Origin: an uncultured Pseudomonadota bacterium
Lineage (GTDB): Bacteria; Myxococcota_A; UBA796; SXON01
Reading direction: 5' to 3'
Assembly: GCA_903959175.1 (NCBI GenBank)
Contig: CAJBVW010000449.1
Span: 12,959-76,958 of the forward strand
Length of the DNA stretch: 64,000 nt
The position numbers and the translations under genes were made by a program. Of this stretch, positions 18,390 through 29,289 are shown piece by piece; position 1 is the first letter of the stretch, and the number at the start of each line of letters is the position of its first letter. The notes beneath the pieces were generated by a model, which worked only from the letters and a program-made list of their open reading frames with translations, was not told the origin of the DNA and did no database searches.

Positions 18390-19403
18390 TCAGCGCTCCG
18401 GGACCGTCTCGAGGAGGCGGCCCACGATGTCGGCGGGGCGGAGCCCCTCGGCCTCGGCCGTGAAGTTGAGCAGGACGCGGTGCTGGAGGACGGCGGCGGC
18501 GACGCGCTTCACGTCTTTCTGGTCGGCGGTCTCGCGGCCCTCAAGGGCGGCGCGGACACGCGCGCCGAGCGCGAGGAACTGGCTGGCGCGGGGGCCGGCG
18601 CCCCACTGGACGTAGCGGCGGACGGCCTCGGGGGCGTTCGGGCCGGGGCGGGTCGCGCGGGCGAGGCGCACGGCGTACCGCGTCACGTCGTCGTTCACGT
18701 CCATCCGGCGCACCATCGCCTGCATGGCGAGGAGCGTGTCGCGGTCGAGCACGGGCTCGGGGGCGGGGCCCTCGTCGCCGATGGTGCGGTCCACGATCTC
18801 GATCTCCTCGGCCTCGGAGGGGTAGCCCACGTCGATCGAGAACATGAAGCGATCGAGCTGGGCTTCGGGCAAGGGGTAGGTGCCCTCCTGCTCGATGGGG
18901 TTCTGCGTCGCGAAGACGAGGAAGGGCGGGGCGAGCGGGTAGGTCTGGCCGCCGGCGGTGACCTTCCCCTCCTGCATCGCCTGGAGGAGCGCCGCCTGGG
19001 TGCGCGGCGGCGTGCGGTTGATCTCGTCCGCGAGGAGGAGGTTCGTGAAGATGGGCCCCTTCACGAAGCGGATCACCCGGCGGCCGGTGGCGCGGTCCTC
19101 CTCGAGGACCTCGGTGCCGGTGATGTCCGCCGGCATCAGGTCCGGCGTGAACTGCACGCGCCCGCTCTCGAGGCCGAGGGCCTGCGCGGTGGAGGTGACG
19201 AGGAGGGTCTTGGCGAGGCCGGGCACGCCGACGAAGAGGCAGTGCCCCCGCGCGAAGAGCGCGATGAGCATCTGCTCGACGACGTCGCGCTGGCCGACGA
19301 TGCGGCGGCCGATCTGCTCCTCCACGCGCGCGCGCACCTTGCCGAGCTGGTCGAACAGCGCGCCGTCGTCGAGGGGGGGGCCCGCGCCCAGGGGGGTCGT
19401 CAT
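18390..19403 (-). CDS. MoxR-family AAA+ ATPase
   Basis: [30 protein letters not shown] Walker A, LLADEINR Walker B, and typical MoxR length (337 aa). Confidence 0.9.
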   Translation of the reverse strand: MTTPLGAGPPLDDGALFDQLGKVRARVEEQIGRRIVGQRDVVEQMLIALFARGHCLFVGVPGLAKTLLVTSTAQALGLESGRVQFTPDLMPADITGTEVLEEDRATGRRVIRFVKGPIFTNLLLADEINRTPPRTQAALLQAMQEGKVTAGGQTYPLAPPFLVFATQNPIEQEGTYPLPEAQLDRFMFSIDVGYPSEAEEIEIVDRTIGDEGPAPEPVLDRDTLLAMQAMVRRMDVNDDVTRYAVRLARATRPGPNAPEAVRRYVQWGAGPRASQFLALGARVRAALEGRETADQKDVKRVAAAVLQHRVLLNFTAEAEGLRPADIVGRLLETVPER

Positions 19404-20953
19404 CCGTCGTCTCCGTGTTCCCCCGGCGTTGCTCCGCCGAGCGCGAGGATCCCCCGGTACCGTGCGTGCCGCGCCGCGAGCGAGGGGTCACCCAGGCTCG
19501 TGTAGAGGTCGGCCAGCGCGGCCTGCACGTCGGGATCGAAGGGGTTGATGTCGGCGCTCGCCCGGTACTGGACCAGCGCCTCCCGGGGCTTGCCCTGGGA
19601 AAGCAGGATGCTGCCGAGGCGCTTCCGGGTGGAGGCGTACTCGGGGTAGTCGCTCACGGACGCGCGGAGGGTCGCGAGGGCGTCGTCCACACGCTTCAGC
19701 GTCAGGAGCGCGTCGGACATGCGCGCGGACAGCGTCGGCGGGGCGGGCTCGCCGTCGGGGATGGCCTTGTTGTACTCGACGAGGGCGGCCTCGGCGCGGT
19801 CGGCCTCCCGCAGAAGGTCCCCGAGGCGGGCGTGCCCGGCGAGGTCCCGGCGGTTGGCGAGCACGGGGTCGATCCCGAAGTCGTCCTCAGGGGTGCCGAG
19901 GACCGTGGGCATCGCCGCGAGCTTGCGGCTGACGAGGTGCATGCCCTTGAGGCGCTCGCGCCAGCCCGCCATGAACGTGTCGACGTTGCCCTGGGTGCCG
20001 ACGTCGGCGGTGGCCTTCAGGGCGTCCGTCCCGACGCGGACGCGGTCGAGCACGGCGGAGACCGCGGCGTCCCCCGCGACCTCGCGCAGGTGGACCATCA
20101 TCGTGCTCACCTGCGCGAAGGCGAGCGCGGCCTCGTCCGCAGAGTCGAGGAAGGCCATGCTCGGGTGCATGCGCGCGAGCGGCACGAGCGTGTCGTTCGC
20201 GAGGGCGTCGGCGAGGAGCGACTGCTGGTAGGGCTGGAGGATCGGCGGCTCGTCGAGGTGCCAGAGCGACTCGTGCGAGCGGGCGATGCCCTCCTGGAGC
20301 CAGACGGGGGCGCGATCCTGGGTGCGCCAGGCCACGATGTAGTGGATGTACTCGTGGGCGATCGTGTCCTTCCACGCGTAGCCGCGGCCGAGGGCGCGGG
20401 GGCTGGTCACGAGGAGGCGCGTCCACTTCGAGAGGGCCACGACGCCGGTGGTCTGGACGGCCTCGGGAGGGAGCCCGCTCGCCTTCGTGAAGCGCTCGGC
20501 AGACGGGTAGATCTCCATGCGGATGCCGCCCGGAGGCGCCCCGCCGAGGAGAGGCCCGATTCGGTCATGCGCGGCCTGGAGGGCCTCGAAGGCCTCGTCC
20601 ACCAGCACCAGATCCGTGCCGGGGAGGTAGCGGATCTCGACGTCACCCTTCTTGCTGGTGACGAAGCCGTCCGTCGCCTGGAGGGTGGCGCGGTAGAGCG
20701 CCAGGTCGCGCGCGCGCTGCTCGTCGCCCGGGCCCGCGGACTCGAGCAGACGGAGCGCGTCGGCAAACTGGCCGCTTGCGAAGGCCACTTCGGCGCGCAG
20801 GGCGAGGGCGGCGGCGCTGTCGCCGGCGGTCGCGGCGATCCTCGCGGCGCAGGGCAGATCTGAGGCCTCCAGGCAGGCGCGCCCTTCGTCCACGGATGCG
20901 CCCCACGCCGCTCCGGAGAGCAGCAGCAGGCTACTGGCGAACCAGCTCTTCAT
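19400..20953 (-). CDS. secreted HExxH metallopeptidase-like (peptidase MA-type) protein with C-terminal TPR repeats
   Basis: Signal peptide [19 protein letters not shown], zinc motif HEYIH followed by WLQEGIA, and TPR-like helices at the C-terminus. ATGA overlap with moxR. Confidence 0.7.
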   Translation of the reverse strand: MKSWFASSLLLLSGAAWGASVDEGRACLEASDLPCAARIAATAGDSAAALALRAEVAFASGQFADALRLLESAGPGDEQRARDLALYRATLQATDGFVTSKKGDVEIRYLPGTDLVLVDEAFEALQAAHDRIGPLLGGAPPGGIRMEIYPSAERFTKASGLPPEAVQTTGVVALSKWTRLLVTSPRALGRGYAWKDTIAHEYIHYIVAWRTQDRAPVWLQEGIARSHESLWHLDEPPILQPYQQSLLADALANDTLVPLARMHPSMAFLDSADEAALAFAQVSTMMVHLREVAGDAAVSAVLDRVRVGTDALKATADVGTQGNVDTFMAGWRERLKGMHLVSRKLAAMPTVLGTPEDDFGIDPVLANRRDLAGHARLGDLLREADRAEAALVEYNKAIPDGEPAPPTLSARMSDALLTLKRVDDALATLRASVSDYPEYASTRKRLGSILLSQGKPREALVQYRASADINPFDPDVQAALADLYTSLGDPSLAARHARYRGILALGGATPGEHGDDG

Positions 20954-23948
20954 AGTACCTACGGTTCAAGGTCTTGTATTCCTCGGGCACCTCGCCCTCC
21001 ATGCCCTGCAGCAACGCGCGCCGGTACTCCTCGGGGGTGCGGAAGGCCTCCGGCGCCGGCAGCGCCATGTCCTGGCTGAGCATGTCCTCGCCGTCCCCCG
21101 GCTTGTCCCCTTCGCCGTCTTCCTTGCCCTCTTCCCGCTCGCCCTTGCCCTGCCCCTGGGAGGCCTGCTGCATCTGGCGGAGGTTACGGGAGGCCTCGTC
21201 CAGGGCGTCCTGGGCCTCGCGGAAGGCGTCCTCCGCGGCGCGCTGACCGCCCTCGGCGGGCATGGGCTCGCCGTCGCGCATGGCCTTGGCAGCGCGGCCC
21301 GCCTGCTCCGCGCCGCGACGGGTCCCCTCTTCCAAGCCGGGGGCGTCCATCGGGAGGTTCTCCGCGACCTTCCCCGCCTTCTCGGCGGTGCCCTTCGCGC
21401 GCTCGGCGATCTGCTGCTGCTCCTCCGCCATCTGCTGGAGCTCGCGCTGGAGCGCCGGGGAGGTCTGTGCCTGCCGCTGCGCCATCTCGTCGAGGAGCTC
21501 GCGGATCTTCTGGACGTTCTTCTGCTGGGCCTCGACGGCGCGGGCGGACACGGCGAGCGCGGTGGGATCGCCCTTCTGGCGGCGGATCGCCGCGGAGACG
21601 CGCCCGCCGAGCATGCCGAGGGAGCCGTACATCTGGTCGGCGCGGAGGAGCGCGGTGTCGAGGTCCCGGCCGCGCGCGGAGTCGTGCAGGCCGGCGGCGT
21701 CCCCGCGGACCTCGCCGAGGACGGAGCCGCCGCTCCACGCGGTGGCGCGGAAGGGTTCCAGCTCGGGGTCGAGCTTGCCGAGCTGCTCGACGACCACGCC
21801 GGCGAGGCGCTCGACCTCCTTCCAGCGGTCCACCGCCTCCTGCATGTCGTCGCCGTGCTCCTCGCGGGCAGACTCGGTGCGCTCGCGAAGGGCCGACTGG
21901 TCCTTCTCGAGGGCCTCGAGCTCCGTCTTGACCTGCTCCATCGCCTTCTGGAGGTCCTCCCCGGACTTCTGGCGCTGCTGCTGCATATCGGAGATCTGGT
22001 CCGCCATCTCCTGCATGGTCTCGGCGAGGCGGTCCATCAGCTCCTTCGCGTCGTCCATCCGCCCCTCGCGGATGGCCTTTCGGATCTCGTCCATCAGGCT
22101 GTCGACCTGCGCGCTGCGGGAGTTGACGAAGTCGCGGAGCGCGCCGTCGTCGAGCTTCGCGGACTCGCGGGCGAGCTGCTGGTAGAGGCGCTCGAGCTGG
22201 TCGAGGCGGGCGAGCGCGGCGGGCTTGTCGAGGGTCTGGAAGTCGGACTTGAGCTCCTGGGCCTCCTTCGCGGCCTGCACCACCAGCTCCTCGAGCGTGG
22301 CGAGCGCCGCGGCGCGGATGACTTGGTCGAGCATCAGGATGCCGTTCTCGACGGTCTCGACGTGCTTGCCCTGGAGGGAGACCAGCATCGCGAGGTCGCG
22401 GTCGGCGATGCGCGCCGTGCCGCCGAGGCCGGACGCGAAGGAGAGGAGGCCGCGGCGGTCGTCGCGCAGGGCGCGGAGCAGCGTGGCGTCGAAGGTGTCG
22501 GGCTCGGCGCCGCCCCAGGCCTCCTGGACGAGGCGGTCGAAGGGCTCGTAGCGGGCGGCGGCCGCGGTGGCCCAGGTGGAGGCCTCGGCGCCGAGGATGC
22601 CGGGGGGCGCGGGGTCGAGGAGGAAGTCGGCGAGGACGAGGACCAGCGCGTCCCGGAGGAGCTTGCGGTACTTCGCCTGGCGGTCCGCGCGCCCGCGCGG
22701 CCCGAGGACCTCGATCTCGATCACCGAGGAGTACCCTGCCTTCTTGCCGGACACGGCGTCGTTGTCCCAGGCGCCGACGCGCAGCTTCGCGGAGGCGCCC
22801 GCGGCGAGCCCCAGCGAGGCGGGGGTGACGGAGAGCACGCCGTCGAGCACCCGGGGCACGTCCACCGGGGCGCGGACCTCGACCTCGCGCTTCTTGCCGC
22901 CCTCGTCGACCTCGACCACGACGCGGGTGAGGCCGAAGTCGTCCCGCGCGGTCCACGGCAGCGAGATCTCGCCGTCGAGCGCGAGCGAGAGCACCCGCTG
23001 CTTCGTCTGCACGGACACGTCGGGGGCGAGGTCGGGGTCGGGCACGATCGCGTAGTCGGGCGAGGGCAGCTCCCCGAACACGAAGCGCCACGCGCCGGGG
23101 CCCTCCACCGTGAAGGAGCCGCGTACGCTGCGGCCTTCCACCAGCTCGGCCGCGGCGGGCGCGCGCTCGTACACCACGAGGGAGGCGGTCTCCTGCGGCT
23201 CGCCGGTGCGCGCGCGCACCTCGACCACGGTGCCGGGGGGCGCGTGGACCTCGCCGTTGGAGTTGGGGACCTCGAAGGGCTCCCGGCCGGTGTAGGTCGG
23301 GTAGAGGTAGCGGAGCGTGATGTCGCCCAGGAGGGCGCGGGGGCCGTCGGCCTCGGGGAGGTCCTCCGCGATCTCGGCGACGGCGTCCGGCGCGGAGAGC
23401 GCCGCGAGGGCCTCGATCGGGCCGCGCGGGAGCACCAGGCCGGCGATACCGAGCAGCAACGCAGAGGCGACGGCAAGCCCGGCCACCCGGCGCACGGTGG
23501 CGGCGGGGTGGACGAGGGCGGGGGCGACCGAGTCGACCGCGGCGGCGGCCCGGGCGGCGAGGCGGGCGAGGAGCGAGGGGGAGCCGGGGGGCCGCGTCTC
23601 CCGGTCGAGCACGGTGAGGAGGGCGCCCTGGAGCTCGGGGCGGAGGGCCTCGACGCGCAGGGCCTGACGGCGGGCGTCGCGCGCCGCGCGGAGCTCCCGC
23701 AGGGGGATTGCGCCCGCGACCACGCCCGCGAGCGCGAGCCCGCCGAGCCAGATCCAGCCCTCCGCGCTCGACGCCACGTCGCTGCTGACGGCCGCGGCGA
23801 GGAGCGCCCAGGCGAGACACCACGCCGCGAAGGCGGCGAGGCCGGCCTGCAACAGGAGGTTCCGCTGCTCCCGCCGCGCGAAGCCGCGCAGGGAGGCCTT
23901 GATTCGGGCGACGGACTCGGCCACGCACGTCCTTGAGTCGAGGGGCAA
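20931..23948 (-). CDS. DUF4175-like large membrane-anchored coiled-coil protein
   Basis: 1005 aa with N-terminal TM helices. The C-terminal third is Glu/Gln/Arg/Lys-rich coiled coil ending [10 protein letters not shown]. Its position upstream of the MoxR/DUF58/BatA genes is typical for DUF4175. The family call is from memory. Confidence 0.6.
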   Translation of the reverse strand: MPLDSRTCVAESVARIKASLRGFARREQRNLLLQAGLAAFAAWCLAWALLAAAVSSDVASSAEGWIWLGGLALAGVVAGAIPLRELRAARDARRQALRVEALRPELQGALLTVLDRETRPPGSPSLLARLAARAAAAVDSVAPALVHPAATVRRVAGLAVASALLLGIAGLVLPRGPIEALAALSAPDAVAEIAEDLPEADGPRALLGDITLRYLYPTYTGREPFEVPNSNGEVHAPPGTVVEVRARTGEPQETASLVVYERAPAAAELVEGRSVRGSFTVEGPGAWRFVFGELPSPDYAIVPDPDLAPDVSVQTKQRVLSLALDGEISLPWTARDDFGLTRVVVEVDEGGKKREVEVRAPVDVPRVLDGVLSVTPASLGLAAGASAKLRVGAWDNDAVSGKKAGYSSVIEIEVLGPRGRADRQAKYRKLLRDALVLVLADFLLDPAPPGILGAEASTWATAAAARYEPFDRLVQEAWGGAEPDTFDATLLRALRDDRRGLLSFASGLGGTARIADRDLAMLVSLQGKHVETVENGILMLDQVIRAAALATLEELVVQAAKEAQELKSDFQTLDKPAALARLDQLERLYQQLARESAKLDDGALRDFVNSRSAQVDSLMDEIRKAIREGRMDDAKELMDRLAETMQEMADQISDMQQQRQKSGEDLQKAMEQVKTELEALEKDQSALRERTESAREEHGDDMQEAVDRWKEVERLAGVVVEQLGKLDPELEPFRATAWSGGSVLGEVRGDAAGLHDSARGRDLDTALLRADQMYGSLGMLGGRVSAAIRRQKGDPTALAVSARAVEAQQKNVQKIRELLDEMAQRQAQTSPALQRELQQMAEEQQQIAERAKGTAEKAGKVAENLPMDAPGLEEGTRRGAEQAGRAAKAMRDGEPMPAEGGQRAAEDAFREAQDALDEASRNLRQMQQASQGQGKGEREEGKEDGEGDKPGDGEDMLSQDMALPAPEAFRTPEEYRRALLQGMEGEVPEEYKTLNRRYYEELVRQ

Positions 23949-24063
23949 CCGGGAGGGAGACCGCTAGGGAGAGAGGGGGGAGCAACCACCGCGAACCGCG
24001 CGCGGCTCGAACCGGAGGACCCGCGCGGCGCATCGAACCCGGGAGCCCCGGGCGGTCGTCCTC

Positions 24064-25509
<1,446 letters not shown>

Positions 25510-25527
25510 GGCGCGATCCTACGCCGC

Positions 25528-26163
<636 letters not shown>

Positions 26164-26169
26164 CCCTGC

Positions 26170-26198
26170 AACGTACTGAACGGGCGTTCGGCTGTCAA
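26170..26198 (-). promoter_or_regulatory. putative lexA promoter (TTGACA-17 nt-TACGTT) with an embedded Myxococcus-type LexA box
   Basis: The minus strand reads TTGACAgCCGAACGCCCGTTCAGTACGTT. The box CCGAACGCCCGTTCAGT (26175..26191) matches 15 of 17 positions of the consensus CTRHAMRYBYGTTCAGS, recalled from memory. The -10 element ends 6 nt before the ATG. Confidence 0.55.
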
Positions 26199-26340
26199 GG
26201 CATTCAGTGCTCCCCACGGAACATGCCTGCACACCCGCTCCCCCGCCCCATCCGTCACGAAATCCCCACGCCGCGAATGCACCCCCGCGTCCGCTCGTCT
26301 CCCCCTCGTGCAGCACCTGACCCCCTGCACGGAGACTGCG

Positions 26341-27489
26341 ATGAACCCGAGGATGCTCCCCACCTTCCTCGCCACCCTGGTGGCTACCTCCGTCCTCGTC
26401 GCGCCCGCCGCGGCGCTGGCCGACTCCCGGGGACACCGCGGCTACGGCCCGCCCCCGGGCCGCGTGGTCGTGACCAACCAGTCCGGCGGCGACGTGACCC
26501 TCGTGCTCGGCGGCGAGGTCCGCGAGCTGCCCGCCTGGCGCACCACCGAGCTGCTCGCGATGCCCGGCGAGGTCATCCTCCGCGCAAATTACAAGCAATT
26601 CGGCACCACCCAGGTCCTCGAGACCGACCGGCTCTTCGTGAACCCCGGCCGCACCGTCTCGGTGACCCTCGGCGCCGAGGACACCGCCCGCGTGCTCGTC
26701 ACCAACCAGAGCGGGTTCTACGCCCAGCTCGAGGTGGGGGACCGCCCGAACGCCAGCTTCAAGCCCGGCGAGTCGCGCATCGTGTCCCTGCCCCTCGGCC
26801 GGGCCGAGCTGGAGATGACCGCGGAGGGGCGCACCTTCGCCCGCACCCGCCTCGACCTGCGGCCCTTCGAGGAGCCCCGGTGGCTCGCCGAGGCGCCCCG
26901 CGTCGGCTCGCTCGTCGTGACCAACCCCCTGCCGATCGCGATCCAGCTCGTCTGCGACAAGGGCCTCGTGCGCACCGTCGCGGCCTTCGGCCAGACCCGG
27001 TACGCGGACCTCGCCCCCGGCACCTTCCGGCTGACCGCGCGGCGGACCACCGGCGAGTACATCGACCGCGAGAGCGCCGAGATCCGCGTGGGCGGGATGA
27101 CCGGGTGGAGCGTGGACGCGCCGCGCACCGGATTCGTGACCCTCGACAGCGACCACTTCCTCGGCGCCACCGTCGAGATCGACGATCGCCGCATGGCCGA
27201 CCTCGCGCCGGACGGCCAGCGGCGCCTGGAGCTCTCGGTCGGCTGGCACGAGGTCGAGGTGCGCGACGAGCGGGGCCGGGACATCGCCGACCGGTGGATC
27301 GAGGTGAAGCCCTACGATGTCGCCACCGTCGCGTTCGGGAGCCCGGCCCACGAGCGCGCCTACGACGGCCGCGGCGGGCGCGACGGGCGCGACGGGCGCG
27401 GCGACGACCGGCACGCCGAACGCGACGAGCACCGCGGCCACGACGACGGCGCCGCGGTCGCCTCGGGCGACAGCTGCGGGATGCACTAA
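26341..27489 (+). CDS. secreted protein with four internal repeats of about 80 aa and a charged His/Asp/Arg tail
   Basis: Signal peptide MNPRMLPTFLATLVATSVLVAPAAALA. Repeats begin VVVTNQSGG, VLVTNQSGF, LVVTNPLPI and FVTLDSDHF. The gene is divergent from lexA. Confidence 0.65.
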   Translation: MNPRMLPTFLATLVATSVLVAPAAALADSRGHRGYGPPPGRVVVTNQSGGDVTLVLGGEVRELPAWRTTELLAMPGEVILRANYKQFGTTQVLETDRLFVNPGRTVSVTLGAEDTARVLVTNQSGFYAQLEVGDRPNASFKPGESRIVSLPLGRAELEMTAEGRTFARTRLDLRPFEEPRWLAEAPRVGSLVVTNPLPIAIQLVCDKGLVRTVAAFGQTRYADLAPGTFRLTARRTTGEYIDRESAEIRVGGMTGWSVDAPRTGFVTLDSDHFLGATVEIDDRRMADLAPDGQRRLELSVGWHEVEVRDERGRDIADRWIEVKPYDVATVAFGSPAHERAYDGRGGRDGRDGRGDDRHAERDEHRGHDDGAAVASGDSCGMH

Positions 27490-27503
27490 TCCCGCGTGAC
27501 GAC

Positions 27504-27542
27504 GAGGGCCGCGTGGAACGCCGCGCGGCCCTCCTGCGTTTT
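27504..27542 (+). terminator. intrinsic terminator candidate
   Basis: GAGGGCCGCG / CGCGGCCCTC 10-bp stem followed by ctgcGTTTT, 15 nt after the stop at 27489. Confidence 0.55.
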
Positions 27543-27614
27543 CCTACGCCCCGCCCGCGCTGATCCCGCAGCGGCGCGCGCTCGGGCGCGTCCGTCTGCC
27601 CCCGCCTCTCGGCT

Positions 27615-29192
27615 TCAGACCCCGAACACCCACGGCGCGATCACGAGCGCCACGCCCGCCGCGAGGACCGCGCACGCCACGTTGAGGATCACCCCGGCAA
27701 ACGCCATGTCCGCGGGGGCGATGTCGCCGGCCTCCGCCGCGATCGCGTTCGGGGGCGTGCCGACGGCGAGGGTGAAGTCGCACGACGCCGAGATGGTGGC
27801 CGGGATCATCCACACCAGCGGGTTCACGCCCGCCGCGAGCGCGCCGGCGCCGAGGAGGGGCAGCGCGATCTGGGTGGTGGCGGTGTTCGAGGTGAACGCG
27901 GAGAGGAACGCGACGCTCACGCAGATGCCGAAGGCAGCGAGGGGCCCCGGCAGCGCGGCGAGCGCGGAGGTGCCGCCCGCCATCCACGCGGAGAGGCCGG
28001 AGGACTGGATCGCCTCGGCCATCGCGTAGCCGCCGCCGAGGAGGAGGAGCGCGGACCACGGGATCGCGCGCGCCGCCCGGCGCCAGGAGAGGAGGAAGTT
28101 GCCGTCGTCGCCGTCGTCGTCGTGACCGCCGCCGGTTCGGGCGGTGCGGCGCGGGAGCAGGAAGAGGCACATCGAGGCGAGGATCGCCACGAAGCCGTCG
28201 TCGACCTTCACGGAGAGGAGGCTGGCCCAGCCGGGCACGCGCGCGAAGCCGAGGTCGACCGGGGCGCGCGTGAGCCACGCGAGGAAGCACAGGCCGAAGA
28301 CGACGAGCACGGAGCGCTCGCCCTCGGACCACGGGGGCGCCACGGGGGCGGGCGGCACGCGGGAGGACGCGACGGGCACCGGGAGCGCCACGAAGTTCAC
28401 GACGAACCACGCCAACGGGATGGCGAGGGCGACGAAGGGCACGCCGACGAGCATCCAGTCGAGGAAGCGGATCTCCCGGCCGGCGATCGAGGCGGCGAGG
28501 CCGGCGAACACGGCGTTCGGGGCGGTGCCGACGAGCGTCGCGACGCCGCCGATCGAGCAGGCGTAGGCGGTGGAGAGGGTGAACGCCGCGCGGGTCCGTC
28601 TGCCGCCGCCCGCACCCTCGGCGAGGAGCAGCGCGATCGGCAACATCATCAGCATCGACGAGGTGTTGTTGATGAAGGCGGACACGCACGCCGCGGCGGT
28701 CATCAGCGCGAGCGCGATCCGGCGCGGGCTCCGCCGGACCCACTCGGGGGCGAGCAGCACGGCGACGAGGCGGCGGTGGAGGCCCACCTCCTCCATCGCG
28801 TGGGCGAGGATCATGCCGCCGAGCATGAGGAAGATCAGCGGATCGGCGTAGGGGGCGGCGGCCTCGCGGGTGGAGGACACCCCGAGCAGCGGCAGCGCGA
28901 CGAGCGGCAGGAGCGCCGTGACCGCCATGGGCAGCACCCCGCCGAGCCACCAGGCTGCCATCGTGACCGTCATCGCGCCGGCGCGCTGGGCCTCGGGGGT
29001 GAGGCCCGCGGGGGCCGGGAGCGCGAGGACACCGGCGGCGAGGCCGAGGCCGACGATCACCCCGGCGACGCGGTAGCCAGGGCGCGCGCGCAGGCCGTCC
29101 CACGCGTGGAGCAGCCCGAAGACGCCGCCGGCGGACGGGGGGGCCTCGGCGGGGGCCTCGGCGGGAGCATCGGGCGGGCGGAAGGTGGTCAC
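27615..29192 (-). CDS. DASS/SLC13-family anion:sodium symporter (sulfate or di/tricarboxylate type)
   Basis: Polytopic membrane protein carrying both SAFINNTSSMLMMLP and SAFTSNTATTQIALP hairpin motifs. The GTG start at 29192 is inferred and uncertain. Confidence 0.8.
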   Translation of the reverse strand: MTTFRPPDAPAEAPAEAPPSAGGVFGLLHAWDGLRARPGYRVAGVIVGLGLAAGVLALPAPAGLTPEAQRAGAMTVTMAAWWLGGVLPMAVTALLPLVALPLLGVSSTREAAAPYADPLIFLMLGGMILAHAMEEVGLHRRLVAVLLAPEWVRRSPRRIALALMTAAACVSAFINNTSSMLMMLPIALLLAEGAGGGRRTRAAFTLSTAYACSIGGVATLVGTAPNAVFAGLAASIAGREIRFLDWMLVGVPFVALAIPLAWFVVNFVALPVPVASSRVPPAPVAPPWSEGERSVLVVFGLCFLAWLTRAPVDLGFARVPGWASLLSVKVDDGFVAILASMCLFLLPRRTARTGGGHDDDGDDGNFLLSWRRAARAIPWSALLLLGGGYAMAEAIQSSGLSAWMAGGTSALAALPGPLAAFGICVSVAFLSAFTSNTATTQIALPLLGAGALAAGVNPLVWMIPATISASCDFTLAVGTPPNAIAAEAGDIAPADMAFAGVILNVACAVLAAGVALVIAPWVFGV

Positions 29193-29289
29193 GGCCGCAT
29201 GCTGGCACACCGGAACCGCGCGCGAAAGCCGCCCGCCGCTTCCGGAGGGGCCCGCGAACGCGGTAGAGTCGGGGTCTGACAGGTCAAGC

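Noticed and set aside
23949-24063. Imperfect direct repeats CGCGCGGC(…)TCGAACC in the spacer between the kinase and the DUF4175-like gene, considered as a regulatory element.
   Set aside because: There are only two loose copies, built from very GC-rich, low-information sequence. I cannot distinguish them from chance without genome-wide statistics.
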